DNA of 31,530 nucleotides, taken from positions 1 to 31,530 of IMG/VR virus record IMGVR_UViG_3300031848_000023; one strand, written 5' to 3'. The number at the start of each line of letters is the position of its first letter. Position 1 is the first letter of the stretch. The notes beneath the pieces were generated by a model, which saw only the letters and a list, made by a program, of their open reading frames with translations, did no database searches and had not been told where the DNA came from. The stretch is from a virus. Its lineage: Duplodnaviria > Caudoviricetes. Position numbers and translations under genes: made by a program. Below are positions 15,326-25,892 of this stretch, piece by piece.

Positions 15326-16789
15326 ATGAGTACAAAGATAAATGTAAGAAGTCCTTTTTATTTAAACTTAACTGAACCGGTACAACCTACCCCTTCATTT
15401 GATTGTAACGTTGCTCAATTGCAAGGGTTTATTGTAGACAATCAAGGGATAATAACTCCTCCAACTTTATCGCAAGGAATTTTATTTTCATTTACAAGTA
15501 GTGATTCCGGATTTGCTAATCAAAAATATGCAACTGTATCAAGTGCAACGACTAGAACTCTTGCAGTAACAATTAGAATACCTATTGGATTCACAAACAC
15601 TACAGATGTTTATTTCGTTTGTTCAATAACGGCTGTTCAACCTATAGCATCTAGTTGTACTACTACCGTAACCAATTCGGGAACAATACCCGACCAAACT
15701 TTAAATAGTGGAGGCTCAACTGTAAGCATAGATCTAAGCGGAAAGTTTAACGGAGAGAGTGCATACGCTGTAACCAACACGACTCCTGTATTAATAACAA
15801 CTGCTATAAGCGGTAGCACATTAACATTATCTTCTAATAATATAGGAGGTACAGGAAAGGTTTATGCTTTAGGTAGAGATGCAAATTATCCCACAACGTG
15901 CGAAGCGGTACAGCCTATTGCTTTTACAATAAACGTAGTAGGCAGTCCTGCATTTAGTTGTAGTGCGAATCCTCCAACCGGTGGAGCTATAAGTCAAGCC
16001 GGAGCAATAACGGATCCACAAACAGATGGAAGTATAAATAAGAGAAGTTCAACGTCTGATGGAACTGCAATAACTAGCGTAAGTGCAAATACAGGAACCT
16101 CTGTACAACCTGTAAGAATATTTTTTAAGATATTAGTGCCTGCAGGTTATTCAAATGCCGGAGCTTTTGTTAATTGTCCTATTGACTTTTCACAACCCGG
16201 AACCTCTGCACCAACTTTAACTTGTGGAATTGTAGGATTACATAGTCAATCTATAAGCACAAATGGAAGTATAAATATTGGCAAAGCTTTAGTTGGAACT
16301 GTAAAAAGTTTTACTACGGTTCCTTGGTTAGGAACTACGGTTGCCACAAACACTTCAAGAGACATAGAATTTCAAATATTAATCCCTACAGGTTATGCAG
16401 GAGCCAATGGAAGTGCTACGGTAAATTGTACTAAAGCAGTAATACAACCTGCAGCAATTGGTATTTGTGGAGGTCACAATTACTTTCTTTCAGCAGGAGT
16501 TTTAGAACAAAATAACTTTTGTGATAATACAAGGGCAACAAAAACCGCAGTAACATCCACTAGTTCAAGTATAGTTACTTTAATGGGATCTCAAATATGC
16601 CGTAATGGAAGTCCTTTTCTGGGCAAAGAAAGATACTATGCTGTAAATACTTCAAGCGTAAGTGCGGGAGCAGGTATTGGAGTTGGATCTTTTTATAATA
16701 TACAAATATCTGACGTAGGAATAGTTATTGATGTGGCAATTACAAATTGTGATTTAAGCGGAGGAAACGGAGCAACTATAAATCTATAA
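15326..16789 (+). CDS. Virion/tail-associated protein with Cys-bracketed beta-domain repeats
   Basis: Thr/Ser/Gly-rich; three ~80-aa repeats and one Ig-like domain. Confidence 0.6.
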   Translation: MSTKINVRSPFYLNLTEPVQPTPSFDCNVAQLQGFIVDNQGIITPPTLSQGILFSFTSSDSGFANQKYATVSSATTRTLAVTIRIPIGFTNTTDVYFVCSITAVQPIASSCTTTVTNSGTIPDQTLNSGGSTVSIDLSGKFNGESAYAVTNTTPVLITTAISGSTLTLSSNNIGGTGKVYALGRDANYPTTCEAVQPIAFTINVVGSPAFSCSANPPTGGAISQAGAITDPQTDGSINKRSSTSDGTAITSVSANTGTSVQPVRIFFKILVPAGYSNAGAFVNCPIDFSQPGTSAPTLTCGIVGLHSQSISTNGSINIGKALVGTVKSFTTVPWLGTTVATNTSRDIEFQILIPTGYAGANGSATVNCTKAVIQPAAIGICGGHNYFLSAGVLEQNNFCDNTRATKTAVTSTSSSIVTLMGSQICRNGSPFLGKERYYAVNTSSVSAGAGIGVGSFYNIQISDVGIVIDVAITNCDLSGGNGATINL

Positions 16790-16791
16790 TA

Positions 16792-17775
16792 ATGGCACTA
16801 AAAAGAATACAATTAGAATTATACATCTACGATGGTATATACACTACGGCTCCAACAACGCCAAACTATGAAATATTAAAATCGAGAATAGATACGCATA
16901 ACAATATTACTATTGAAATAGGTGAGCTTGTTCGGGATTATCTAACGTTAAGTTTTAATGATGATTATATCTCATACACAAAATGGGTTAAGGCAATCGT
17001 CACTTTTTTTGATACAGATGACAATCCTTTTACAGTAGACAATCCGAAAGAATTTACTTTTATAGCAACGGATGGTTATGGGTATTTTGAGGACGGCACT
17101 AACCCGGAACTTTCAAGAGACGCATTAATAAGTTCTAACAATGTTTACATATTAGAAGATACGGTTGGTAAGTTTCCAATATTTGCTGAGGGAGTGGGTA
17201 AGGTGATAATAGACTCTGCTACAACTCAAATAACAGATAATGGTAATACTAACCAAAAAATACAATACTTAACTGTACCGGCTAATAGTTCCACAATTAA
17301 AGTTTATGCGACTGATGATTCTACTCTTTTAAAAACCATAACAATATCTAATATTTGCGAACCAAAACAAACTCCACACAAAATTACATTTGCAAATAAG
17401 TACGGAGCGTTTCAAGATTTATACTTCTTTAAGAAAACCACAGAGTTATTGTCAATAAGTGATGAAACTTTTAAACGTAATATCGTTACAAACACAGCTT
17501 CAACCTATTCTACTTCAGAAGGTCAAAGCACAAGGTATAATGTAAACGGTAAAACAAAATTGACGCTTAATACTGGATTCGTAAAAGAGGATATGAACCA
17601 AACAATTGAAGAGTTATACTTAAGCGAAAACGTATGGATAAGATATGAGAATAAAACTTTACCAGTATTACCGGGATCTAAATCTTTACAATTTAAAACC
17701 GTATTGAATGATAAATTAATAAACTACACAATTGACTTTGCATTCGCTTTTGATAAGATAAACAATATTAGATAA
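16792..17775 (+). CDS. Tail structural protein (distal tail/tip candidate)
   Basis: IGELVRDY, FANKYGAFQ, LNTGF and LYLSENVW motifs; precedes the large tail protein. Confidence 0.55.
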   Translation: MALKRIQLELYIYDGIYTTAPTTPNYEILKSRIDTHNNITIEIGELVRDYLTLSFNDDYISYTKWVKAIVTFFDTDDNPFTVDNPKEFTFIATDGYGYFEDGTNPELSRDALISSNNVYILEDTVGKFPIFAEGVGKVIIDSATTQITDNGNTNQKIQYLTVPANSSTIKVYATDDSTLLKTITISNICEPKQTPHKITFANKYGAFQDLYFFKKTTELLSISDETFKRNIVTNTASTYSTSEGQSTRYNVNGKTKLTLNTGFVKEDMNQTIEELYLSENVWIRYENKTLPVLPGSKSLQFKTVLNDKLINYTIDFAFAFDKINNIR

Positions 17776-20700
17776 TGATTCAATTAGAGCTTTTTATATC
17801 CGGTCAACAAGTAGAGTTGTTTAAAGATGAGAGCGTCTCTTTAACGCAATCTATACAAGACATAAAAGATATAAGTAGAATATTCACAGATTTTACAAAA
17901 ACCTTTAACGTACCGGCTTCTAAAGAAAACAATAAAATATTTAAACATTTCTACAACTTTAATATTGTAGGGTTTGACGCTCGAACTAAAAAGGAAGCTG
18001 AATTATTCCTTAATTACAAACCTTTTAAAAAAGGGAAAATAAAATTTGAAGGTGTTACTTTAAAAAATAATGAACCGCATACCTACAGATTAACTTTCTT
18101 TGGTGACATAGTAAATCTTAAGGACGTTTTAGGAGAGGATAAGTTGAGTAATTTAGATCAATTAAGATTATTCGATTTTGATTACAATTCAGCAAACGTC
18201 ATAGATTATATGACTAATGGAAAAGATGTAAACTTTTTTGGAGGAACTATTGACGATGCTGTAATTTTTCCTTTAATAACTCACACCTCCAGATTAATCT
18301 TTGATAGCAATACTTCTGTTACAAATACAGCAACTGTAAAAAACACAAACAGAAATGCAGGAACGTCTTCAAACTACGGGATGCCTTTGTCAGAACTAAA
18401 ACCTGCAATACGTTTACACGCAATAATAAAAGCAATTGAGAATCAAGCCGGTTACAATTTGACTTTTAGCGATGAATTTTTCTCAACTACAAATTTTGAA
18501 TTTTACAATCTCTATATGTGGTTGCACAATAAAGAAGGTGCTTTATTTCAAAATCAAAATGCTCAATATCCAATTGGGTCTTTTGGTAATATCATAGGAG
18601 ATGTATCAGATATATCTGGAGTTACTAGTAAAAGTTTTGAAAGTAAGTTTAATGAAAACAACCTTGAGAGAGAAGCTAAAGTACTTGTTACACCTTCTGG
18701 AAACGCATCTTATAATTTAGTTGTTAAAAAGAATGGCGAAGAGTTTCAAAGATATGACGGCTTAACCGGAGAAACTGCCAACGGAGCATCTGCAACAACC
18801 GGAGTAGTGCCAATTGAAATTGTAAGCGGTAGTTATACTTTTTTTATAGAGACAGAAACCTCATCAACTTATATTGTGTTCATTAGAATAACACAAAAGA
18901 GAAGAGGGATTTTTAACAAAAAGAGAGAGATTATATTTGACGGAACCGCATCGTTTTCTACTGATAAAGAATTAAGCATTACTTCTTTAATTCCAGATAT
19001 GAAAATTATTGATTTTCTTACAGGATTATTTAAGATGTTTAATCTTACTGCACTTCAGAACTCTTCCGGTGTAATAGAAGTAAAAGAGTTAAATGAATTT
19101 TTTGACGGTAGCACAAAAATATGGGACATAACAAAGCACCTTGATAAGTCTCAAACTTCCGTTGATTCAGTTTTGCCTTTTAAAGAGATTAATTTTAAAT
19201 ACAAAGGAACGGGAACTTTTTTAGCAAACAATCATAACGAGATTGCAAACTCAGAGTGGGGTTCTTTAGACTACAAAGCAACTGAGAAATTTGATGGAGA
19301 AAACTATACTATAGAAATTCCTTTTGAGCATTTTAAATACGAGCATTTATTTGTAACAAATGACGGTGTGATAGGAGCTAACAGTAATGTTCAATACGGT
19401 TATTCAGTAGATAAAAAGCAAGCACCTTATTTGGGAGAGCCATTAATTTTTTATGCCAACAAAACCGTTTCCTCTATTAATGTATTGAAGTTAGATGGAT
19501 CTACTACGGCTGCCGTAAGCAGTTGTTTTATGCCTTTTAATACAATAAGCTCACTAAGACTTTTTAACACTACTGGACAAACCCTAAACTTTAATGAGGA
19601 GTATGAGGAGTTCAATAGATTACCGGAAACAACCTCTCTATTCAAAACGTACTATGAGGATTATGTAAAAGATATGTTTGATCAAAGGAAACGCATCACA
19701 AACATAAAAGCGTTTTTGCCAATCGAAATAATATTCAACCTTAGTTTAGCCGACAAAATTATTGTGTTTGATAATATGTATCGAATAAATAAGATCACAA
19801 CAAATTTTTCTACCAATTTAAGTACGATTGAATTAACAAATATATTTGAAGAGGTGTCTTTTAAAACTATGGCTGCGGTGCAATTAAATTGTACTACTGC
19901 AGACACTACTAATTATAGAGCCGATAATATTGATTTAAGAACAAGTATAGGATGTAGTACTGATTTTTTAATACCAGACATTACAACTGGAATACCAAAT
20001 ACTATTCCCGATAACAATCCGGATCCGGTTTATGATAATACTCCTTTACCCGTTAAAGCTCCTAAACTTGAAGATTACCAAGTCACTATTCCAACTAATA
20101 CTTCCGTGTTTTTTAATCATCAAATTACAAAGTTTGGGAAAGTAGGAGACACAAAAAAAATTACTGAATATGGATTTTTATATTCAAATACTAAAAGTCA
20201 TTTAGAAGATGCTGTATCTGGTATTTTTGATTTTAATGCTATAAAAGCCACAAGCGGAGTTAGTAATATTCCCTTTGCAGCTACTTCATTTTTTACTGTA
20301 CCTAAGATTGTTAACTATACGTTAAGCGGATTGTCTCATCCTGCTACAGTTTTTTGGAGATTTTATGCCAGTACTAATGCAATAGGAAGTGTTGGAAATG
20401 CGATTAGCTCCTCGACTGTTAGAACAGTTTCAACCGTTGCGTCTGCTCAACCTCAATTCGGAAACAATAGCGGTGATGGAATAAGAAATTATCTTTATCC
20501 AAACGGAGGAGAAACAACTTTTATGTCACTAACTAGAAGAGCTTCTCGTAGTTCAGATCCATTGGACTTGCAAGGAGTTACTTTTATTGTAATTGAAAAT
20601 AGTTCCAAACCTCTTCCTATTGACAAAACAAAACAAGTAGTAGAATGGTTTGCTAGTGTTTATGATCCATCTCAAGGAACTTATCATCCGGTTACACAAA

Positions 20701-20912
20701 CCTTTAAATATGTTAGTGCAGCAGGATCTGATGGATTTTTTGCGGCAGGAAATATTTCAAATGCAGAAATTAAATGGGATAATGATTCTAAGGGTATTCC
20801 TAGAATTTATATAAAAGGAGCAACTTCAATAACCGGAACTAATACTAATGGCGGTCAAAACAATATACTTGGCCCGTTGTCTTGGACTGGAGATATAATA
20901 GCCACATCTTAA
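17775..20912 (+). CDS. Large tail tip/hub protein with C-terminal extension
   Basis: ELFKDESVSLT...FTKTFNVPASKENN N-terminus, FLTGLFKMFNL and YRINKI motifs; 1045 aa. Confidence 0.65.
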   Translation: MIQLELFISGQQVELFKDESVSLTQSIQDIKDISRIFTDFTKTFNVPASKENNKIFKHFYNFNIVGFDARTKKEAELFLNYKPFKKGKIKFEGVTLKNNEPHTYRLTFFGDIVNLKDVLGEDKLSNLDQLRLFDFDYNSANVIDYMTNGKDVNFFGGTIDDAVIFPLITHTSRLIFDSNTSVTNTATVKNTNRNAGTSSNYGMPLSELKPAIRLHAIIKAIENQAGYNLTFSDEFFSTTNFEFYNLYMWLHNKEGALFQNQNAQYPIGSFGNIIGDVSDISGVTSKSFESKFNENNLEREAKVLVTPSGNASYNLVVKKNGEEFQRYDGLTGETANGASATTGVVPIEIVSGSYTFFIETETSSTYIVFIRITQKRRGIFNKKREIIFDGTASFSTDKELSITSLIPDMKIIDFLTGLFKMFNLTALQNSSGVIEVKELNEFFDGSTKIWDITKHLDKSQTSVDSVLPFKEINFKYKGTGTFLANNHNEIANSEWGSLDYKATEKFDGENYTIEIPFEHFKYEHLFVTNDGVIGANSNVQYGYSVDKKQAPYLGEPLIFYANKTVSSINVLKLDGSTTAAVSSCFMPFNTISSLRLFNTTGQTLNFNEEYEEFNRLPETTSLFKTYYEDYVKDMFDQRKRITNIKAFLPIEIIFNLSLADKIIVFDNMYRINKITTNFSTNLSTIELTNIFEEVSFKTMAAVQLNCTTADTTNYRADNIDLRTSIGCSTDFLIPDITTGIPNTIPDNNPDPVYDNTPLPVKAPKLEDYQVTIPTNTSVFFNHQITKFGKVGDTKKITEYGFLYSNTKSHLEDAVSGIFDFNAIKATSGVSNIPFAATSFFTVPKIVNYTLSGLSHPATVFWRFYASTNAIGSVGNAISSSTVRTVSTVASAQPQFGNNSGDGIRNYLYPNGGETTFMSLTRRASRSSDPLDLQGVTFIVIENSSKPLPIDKTKQVVEWFASVYDPSQGTYHPVTQTFKYVSAAGSDGFFAAGNISNAEIKWDNDSKGIPRIYIKGATSITGTNTNGGQNNILGPLSWTGDIIATS

Positions 20913-20921
20913 ACAAAAAAT

Positions 20922-21065
20922 ATGATACAAAATATATTAGAATTGTTAGCCTTAGCTCGAGTTGAAAATATTAAAGGAGAGTATGTTGACATAGCATTAG
21001 GGAAAAACAAATTACCGGAAAGCATAAAGGAAGCTTCAATACAATTAATACGTGAGAAATTATGA
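20922..21065 (+). CDS. Small protein (47 aa), not in ORF track
   Basis: MIQNILELLALARVENIKGEYVDIALGKNKLPESIKEASIQLIREKL; A-rich leader, ATGA overlap with the tape measure gene. Confidence 0.7.
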   Translation: MIQNILELLALARVENIKGEYVDIALGKNKLPESIKEASIQLIREKL

Positions 21066-22717
21066 GCCAAAAATATGAAATAGAAATACAGGCGAATTCT
21101 AAAGACGCTCAAAAGGAATTAGATTTTTTAAACGATACGCTTCAAGAACAAAAGAAAATACTTATTGAGCTTGAGAAAGAGCTGCAAGAAGTCGAAAGGA
21201 TTCAAAAGAAAACTTCTAAAACAAGTTTAGCTGCTCAAAGATCCTTGACAAAACAAACTGATCATTTAACTGATAGTATTGAGGATCAAAAAATGTCCTT
21301 AAAAGAATTAAGCTTAGAACAATCTAATGCTGCACAAACGGTAAGAGGTTTAGACGGTGACAATGTACAAAGCTCAAATACAATAATGCTATTGGATCAA
21401 GTTACTGGAGGGTGGGCAGGAACAATAGAGCAAGGGTATCAAGCTTTAAAAGAAATGGGAAGCAATCTTAAAAACGTTACTAAGGCTCAACTAAGAATGA
21501 ACGCTGCAATGTTGCTTAACCCGGTGGTTTTAATTACGGCAGGAGTAGTTGGATTGACAGCAGCTTTCTCGAAGTATCTTTCAGTAATGACTGACGGGGT
21601 TGTAAGCACGACTGAGAGCTTTTTTAACTTAGTTAAGTCTCTAGGGAATCCATTTAAATTTGCTGCCTTACAAGCCGAAACCTACGCTGAGAATTTAGGT
21701 AAAGTAAAAGACGCACAAGATGAGTTAGATTTGGAAAGAGCTATTGCGGTTCTAGGAGCTTTCGGTCAACAAACTATTGATCAAGAAATACAACTTGCCG
21801 AGTTGAAACTTAAGAAGCTTGTAGAGGGTGAGGAAGGATATACAGAAGCAGAAACGGCATTATTAGTATTGAGAGCCAGAAAGTCTAAAGAAGCCGGAGA
21901 GTTAGTTGCTAAAAATTATATGGACTCTAGGAATAAAACTCTAGCAGATCTACAATTACAATGGCAATTAGAACAAGAAGCTGATGATATTAGGAATTCT
22001 TTTTATGAGCAAATGGGACAAGAAGCCGGTACTACTTTTGCTGAGGCATTTACTAAGGCACAACTTCCCGATGAGTTTGATCCGGATAGCGTAGGAATTG
22101 CAGAAGAGTTTGATGACGATCCTATGAATGATCCCGAATTTATAGCACTTGTAGAGAAGGGAAAACTTTTAGGAGCGGAAAGAGACAGGCAAGATGAAGT
22201 CGTTAAGTCTGCTCGAGCCGGTATGCTAGACAATTTAATTGGTATGGTAGGCGCTGAAAGTAAAGTGGGAAAGGCATTGTTAGTTGCTAAAGGTATTCAA
22301 CAAGCTCAAGAGTTAGCTATGGAAATAAGTAAGACGGTAGCATTTAGCACACAAGCTGCTGCACGTTCTATGGTAGCTGTAGCCGAAGGAACTGCACAAA
22401 CTGCTAAAATAGGATTTCCTGCAAACATTCCTATGTTAATAGGATACGCTGCTCAAGGCGCAGGAATTATTATGTCTATTAAAAGTGCACTAAGCTCTGC
22501 TAAAGCACCCACATCATCAATAGACGGTATGACTGGAGGAAGAGGAGCGTCAGCACCACCAGATTTTAATATTGTAGGAGCCTCTGAAACGAATCAATTA
22601 GCTCAATCGATAGGACAAAGTGAAAATCAACCTGTAAAAGCTTTTGTTGTAAGTAACGAAATAACAAATGCACAATCATTAGAACGTAATATAATAGAAG
22701 GAGCCTCAATAGGATAA
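21062..22717 (+). CDS. Tape measure protein (short)
   Basis: Helical/coiled-coil, Ala-rich; MNAAMLLNPVVLI hydrophobic segment typical of TMPs; PVKAFVVS C-terminus. Confidence 0.7.
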   Translation: MSQKYEIEIQANSKDAQKELDFLNDTLQEQKKILIELEKELQEVERIQKKTSKTSLAAQRSLTKQTDHLTDSIEDQKMSLKELSLEQSNAAQTVRGLDGDNVQSSNTIMLLDQVTGGWAGTIEQGYQALKEMGSNLKNVTKAQLRMNAAMLLNPVVLITAGVVGLTAAFSKYLSVMTDGVVSTTESFFNLVKSLGNPFKFAALQAETYAENLGKVKDAQDELDLERAIAVLGAFGQQTIDQEIQLAELKLKKLVEGEEGYTEAETALLVLRARKSKEAGELVAKNYMDSRNKTLADLQLQWQLEQEADDIRNSFYEQMGQEAGTTFAEAFTKAQLPDEFDPDSVGIAEEFDDDPMNDPEFIALVEKGKLLGAERDRQDEVVKSARAGMLDNLIGMVGAESKVGKALLVAKGIQQAQELAMEISKTVAFSTQAAARSMVAVAEGTAQTAKIGFPANIPMLIGYAAQGAGIIMSIKSALSSAKAPTSSIDGMTGGRGASAPPDFNIVGASETNQLAQSIGQSENQPVKAFVVSNEITNAQSLERNIIEGASIG

Positions 22718-22720
22718 ATT

Positions 22721-23440
22721 ATGAAGATAGTAGAATTAATTTTAGATGAACAAGACGAGTTTAACGGCATTGAAGCCATTAGTATTGTTGAAAATCCTGC
22801 AATAGAGGAAGATTTTATTGCATTAAAAGACAAAAAAGCAATAGAACTTGCCGAAGTAGACAAAGAAAAGAAGATACTTATGGGAGCTTTACTGGTTCCT
22901 AATAAGCCTATCTACAGAAAGAATGGAGAGGAAGAGTATTATATCTATTTCTCAAGGGATACGGTTCTTAAAGCGTCTCAAAAGTACCTTAAAAGCGGTA
23001 ATCAAAAAAACAGTACGTTAGAACACCGGATGAATATTCAAGGATTAACTCTAGTTGAAAGTTGGATTAAAGAAGATATGGTACACGATAAGTCTGCAAA
23101 ATATAATATGGAAGTGCCAATAGGAACTTGGATGGGTACGGTTAAAGTAGACAACGATAATATATGGAATGACTATGTGAAGACAGGATTGGTAAAAGGC
23201 TTCAGTATTGAGGGATACTTTGCTGATAAAATAGAGTCCCCAAAAGATAAGGGTATAAAAGATGAGCTTTCAGAAGATCAAAAAGCGTCTGAATTAATAG
23301 ATCAAATCACAAAAATATTTACTGAAGATGAAATAAATCTTCTTGAAGAATTGAAAGAACCTTGTTGGGATGGATACGAAATGATAGGCTTTAAAATGAA
23401 AGACGGTCAAAAGGTTCCTAATTGTGTTAAGATAAAATAA
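22721..23440 (+). CDS. Prohead protease (XkdF-like serine protease)
   Basis: AISIVENPAIE, TLEH, LVESW, GTW and KGFSIEG motifs. Confidence 0.8.
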   Translation: MKIVELILDEQDEFNGIEAISIVENPAIEEDFIALKDKKAIELAEVDKEKKILMGALLVPNKPIYRKNGEEEYYIYFSRDTVLKASQKYLKSGNQKNSTLEHRMNIQGLTLVESWIKEDMVHDKSAKYNMEVPIGTWMGTVKVDNDNIWNDYVKTGLVKGFSIEGYFADKIESPKDKGIKDELSEDQKASELIDQITKIFTEDEINLLEELKEPCWDGYEMIGFKMKDGQKVPNCVKIK

Positions 23441-23802
23441 TGGCAGATTATAATGACAGAAGGATTCCGAGTCCAAAGGGAGGTCGAAGAGGTTGTTTAT
23501 GTAAGGATAAGTTAACCTACTCAATCGAATGTTGTGATGGCAGCTTTTTTTCTCAAGGAGTTGGAAACGTTACTAAAACTTCTGTTACAAGATACTATAC
23601 TGCTACTAATTGTAACGGAGGGACTAAGCACATACACACACACGATCTTGAACTAACTGTAAACAATGTCTATTACTTAGAATTTGTACATCATAACCAT
23701 ACAGATTGCTATACTATTACTGCGACAAGAAATAACGGAAACTTTGAAATAAGCAAAGCAACCGCTTACAATAATTGCACAATTTGTCAAGCAGCTAATT
23801 AA
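23440..23802 (+). CDS. Cys/His-rich head-region protein
   Basis: SPKGGRRGCLCKD.TYS..CCDG...QGVG N-terminal domain plus a His/Cys-rich extension. Confidence 0.65.
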   Translation: MADYNDRRIPSPKGGRRGCLCKDKLTYSIECCDGSFFSQGVGNVTKTSVTRYYTATNCNGGTKHIHTHDLELTVNNVYYLEFVHHNHTDCYTITATRNNGNFEISKATAYNNCTICQAAN

Positions 23803-23832
23803 AACGAAAATGCAAATTTATTAATCAATAAA

Positions 23833-23838
23833 CGTAAT
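23833..23838 (+). promoter_or_regulatory. Putative late promoter -10 box CGTAAT
   Basis: 6 nt upstream of ATG 23845; TGCAA at 23811. Confidence 0.55.
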
Positions 23839-23844
23839 ACATAT

Positions 23845-24447
23845 ATGAAAAATCCAGTAAAAATGTTAAAAGAAATTAAAACACTTTTGGGGGTGGAATT
23901 ATCTGAAAAGGTAAAGCTTGCCAAAATGACTTTAGAAAACGGAACCGTATTGGAGTCTGAAAGCTTTGAGCCGGGTAGTGAGGTTTTTATTGTTACAGAT
24001 GATGAGAAAGTTTCATTGCCAGTTGGCGAATACGAACTTGAGGACGGTAAAATATTAAAAATTACCGAAGATGGAATTATTGATACAATAGGAGACGCTC
24101 CTGCTGAATCAGAAGAAGCTCCTGCAGAAGAGTCTTTAGAAGTAGAGGATGAGAAAAAAGACGAAAAGAAAGAAGAAGAGATGGGATATGCAACTAAAAA
24201 AGAACTTGAAGAGGTTAAGGAAGTTGTAGAAGAAATTAAAAAAATGCTTGAGCCTATTGTCGAGGATGTAGTGGAGGAAGTAGTTGAAGGTGATGCTGAA
24301 TTAAAAGCTGAGCTTTCGAAACCTGCTGCTGCTCCAATAAAACATAATCCGGAAGCAAAGCCAGAGCAAAAGAAAAATCTTTATTCTCAAAAAAGGAGCA
24401 ATAATACTTTAGACAGAGTTATGCAAAAAATATCAAACTTTAAATAA
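23845..24447 (+). CDS. Capsid scaffolding protein
   Basis: Very acidic, LPVGEYELEDG motif, between protease and major capsid genes. Confidence 0.7.
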   Translation: MKNPVKMLKEIKTLLGVELSEKVKLAKMTLENGTVLESESFEPGSEVFIVTDDEKVSLPVGEYELEDGKILKITEDGIIDTIGDAPAESEEAPAEESLEVEDEKKDEKKEEEMGYATKKELEEVKEVVEEIKKMLEPIVEDVVEEVVEGDAELKAELSKPAAAPIKHNPEAKPEQKKNLYSQKRSNNTLDRVMQKISNFK

Positions 24448-24454
24448 ATAGAAA

Positions 24455-24862
24455 ATGTCAACAACAATAACAACAAGTAACAGCGTATTACGAGCGAGAT
24501 CAAAGCAAGAAACTTTGACCACTACTCAAGATATTAAAACGAATGACGCAGGAGTAGAATTTAATATTGCTACAGACGCAAAGATTCTAACTCTTCCTGC
24601 AATCACGGCAGAAAATATAGGAGCTGAATTTACATTTCGTAATACCGGTGCAGACGGTAATAATATTCTTACAATCTCACCTGCTGCAACAGATGCAATT
24701 CACGGAGCGGTTGCTGCAGTTTCTTCTGGAGGTGTAAACAATAAAGATTGGATCAACACTAAGGCGACAGCAAATAAAGGCGACTGGTGCACTCTTAAAG
24801 CTGTATCACTTACAGACTGGTACATTACAGGAGGAGACGGAATCTGGGCATCTGAAGCATAA
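24455..24862 (+). CDS. Putative capsid decoration protein
   Basis: Beta-rich, TLPA...G.EFTF...ISP...D.I.G pattern; immediately before the MCP. Confidence 0.5.
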   Translation: MSTTITTSNSVLRARSKQETLTTTQDIKTNDAGVEFNIATDAKILTLPAITAENIGAEFTFRNTGADGNNILTISPAATDAIHGAVAAVSSGGVNNKDWINTKATANKGDWCTLKAVSLTDWYITGGDGIWASEA

Positions 24863-24888
24863 TAATTAATAAATAAAAGAAATATAAA

Positions 24889-25818
24889 ATGGCAACAACG
24901 AATTCATTAACTACAACGTACGCTGGCGAATTTGCAGGACAATATATATCTGCAGCACTTTTAAGCGGTTCAACTTTGGACAACGGTTTAATTACCGTTA
25001 AGCCAAATATTAAATTTAAAGAAGTAATAAAGAAAGTATCAACGGATGGTCTTGTAAAAGATGCGAGTTGTGATTTTGATCCTACCTCTACTATTACATT
25101 AACAGAAAGGACTATTCAACCGGACTATCAACAAGTAAATTTACAATTGTGTAAGAAAGATTTCCAAGGAGATTGGGAAGCTGCTTCAATGGGACTATCA
25201 GCTTTTGATAGCTTACCCCCTTCTTTTGCAGATTTCTTAATTGGTCACGTTTCTTCTAAGGTAGCTCAAAAAACAGAGCAATCTATTTGGAACGGAGCTG
25301 CCGCAAACGCAGGAGAGTTTGGAGGATTCACCGAATTACTTACAGCAGACGCAACCGTTACAGATGTAGGTGCAGTAGGTGGTGGAGTAACCGCTGCGAA
25401 TGTTGTTGCTCAATTAGGAGCAGTAGTTGACGCAATAGGATCAACTCTTTATACGTCAGAAGATATGTTTATTTATGTATCACAAAATGTAGCCAGAGCT
25501 TACGTAAGAGCTTTAGGTGGTTTTGCTACAAACATAGGTGCAGCCGGTGTTAATTCAGACGGTACACAATGGTACACAGGTGGAACTCTAAGCTTTGATG
25601 GTATTAAACTTGCCGTTGCAAACGGTTTAGCTGACAATACTATGGTAGCTGCTGAGAAAACTAACTTGTTCTTTGGAACAGGATTACTATCTGACCAAAA
25701 CGAGGTGAAAGTCATTGATATGGCTGACATTGACGGATCTCAAAATGTAAGAGTAGTGATGAGGTTTACTGCCGGTGTACAATACGGAATCGGTTCTGAT
25801 ATTGTTCTTTACTCTTAA
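24889..25818 (+). CDS. Major capsid protein
   Basis: 309 aa, TYAGEFAGQYISAALLS start, EQSIWNG motif; follows the scaffold and has a strong terminator. Confidence 0.85.
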   Translation: MATTNSLTTTYAGEFAGQYISAALLSGSTLDNGLITVKPNIKFKEVIKKVSTDGLVKDASCDFDPTSTITLTERTIQPDYQQVNLQLCKKDFQGDWEAASMGLSAFDSLPPSFADFLIGHVSSKVAQKTEQSIWNGAAANAGEFGGFTELLTADATVTDVGAVGGGVTAANVVAQLGAVVDAIGSTLYTSEDMFIYVSQNVARAYVRALGGFATNIGAAGVNSDGTQWYTGGTLSFDGIKLAVANGLADNTMVAAEKTNLFFGTGLLSDQNEVKVIDMADIDGSQNVRVVMRFTAGVQYGIGSDIVLYS

Positions 25819-25835
25819 GAATTAATTAACCAATT

Positions 25836-25878
25836 AAAGGGTGGGTAAGCCAGTTGTGCCTATTCACCTTTTTTTTTT
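25836..25878 (+). terminator. Intrinsic terminator
   Basis: AAAGGGTGGGTA...TATTCACCTTTT stem + T run. Confidence 0.8.
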
Positions 25879-25892
25879 AAAAACATATAAAA

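Noticed and set aside
16787-16794. Stop read-through fusing ORFs 15326 and 16792
   Set aside because: The ORFs are in different frames (TAA-TA-ATG) and there is no slippery site.
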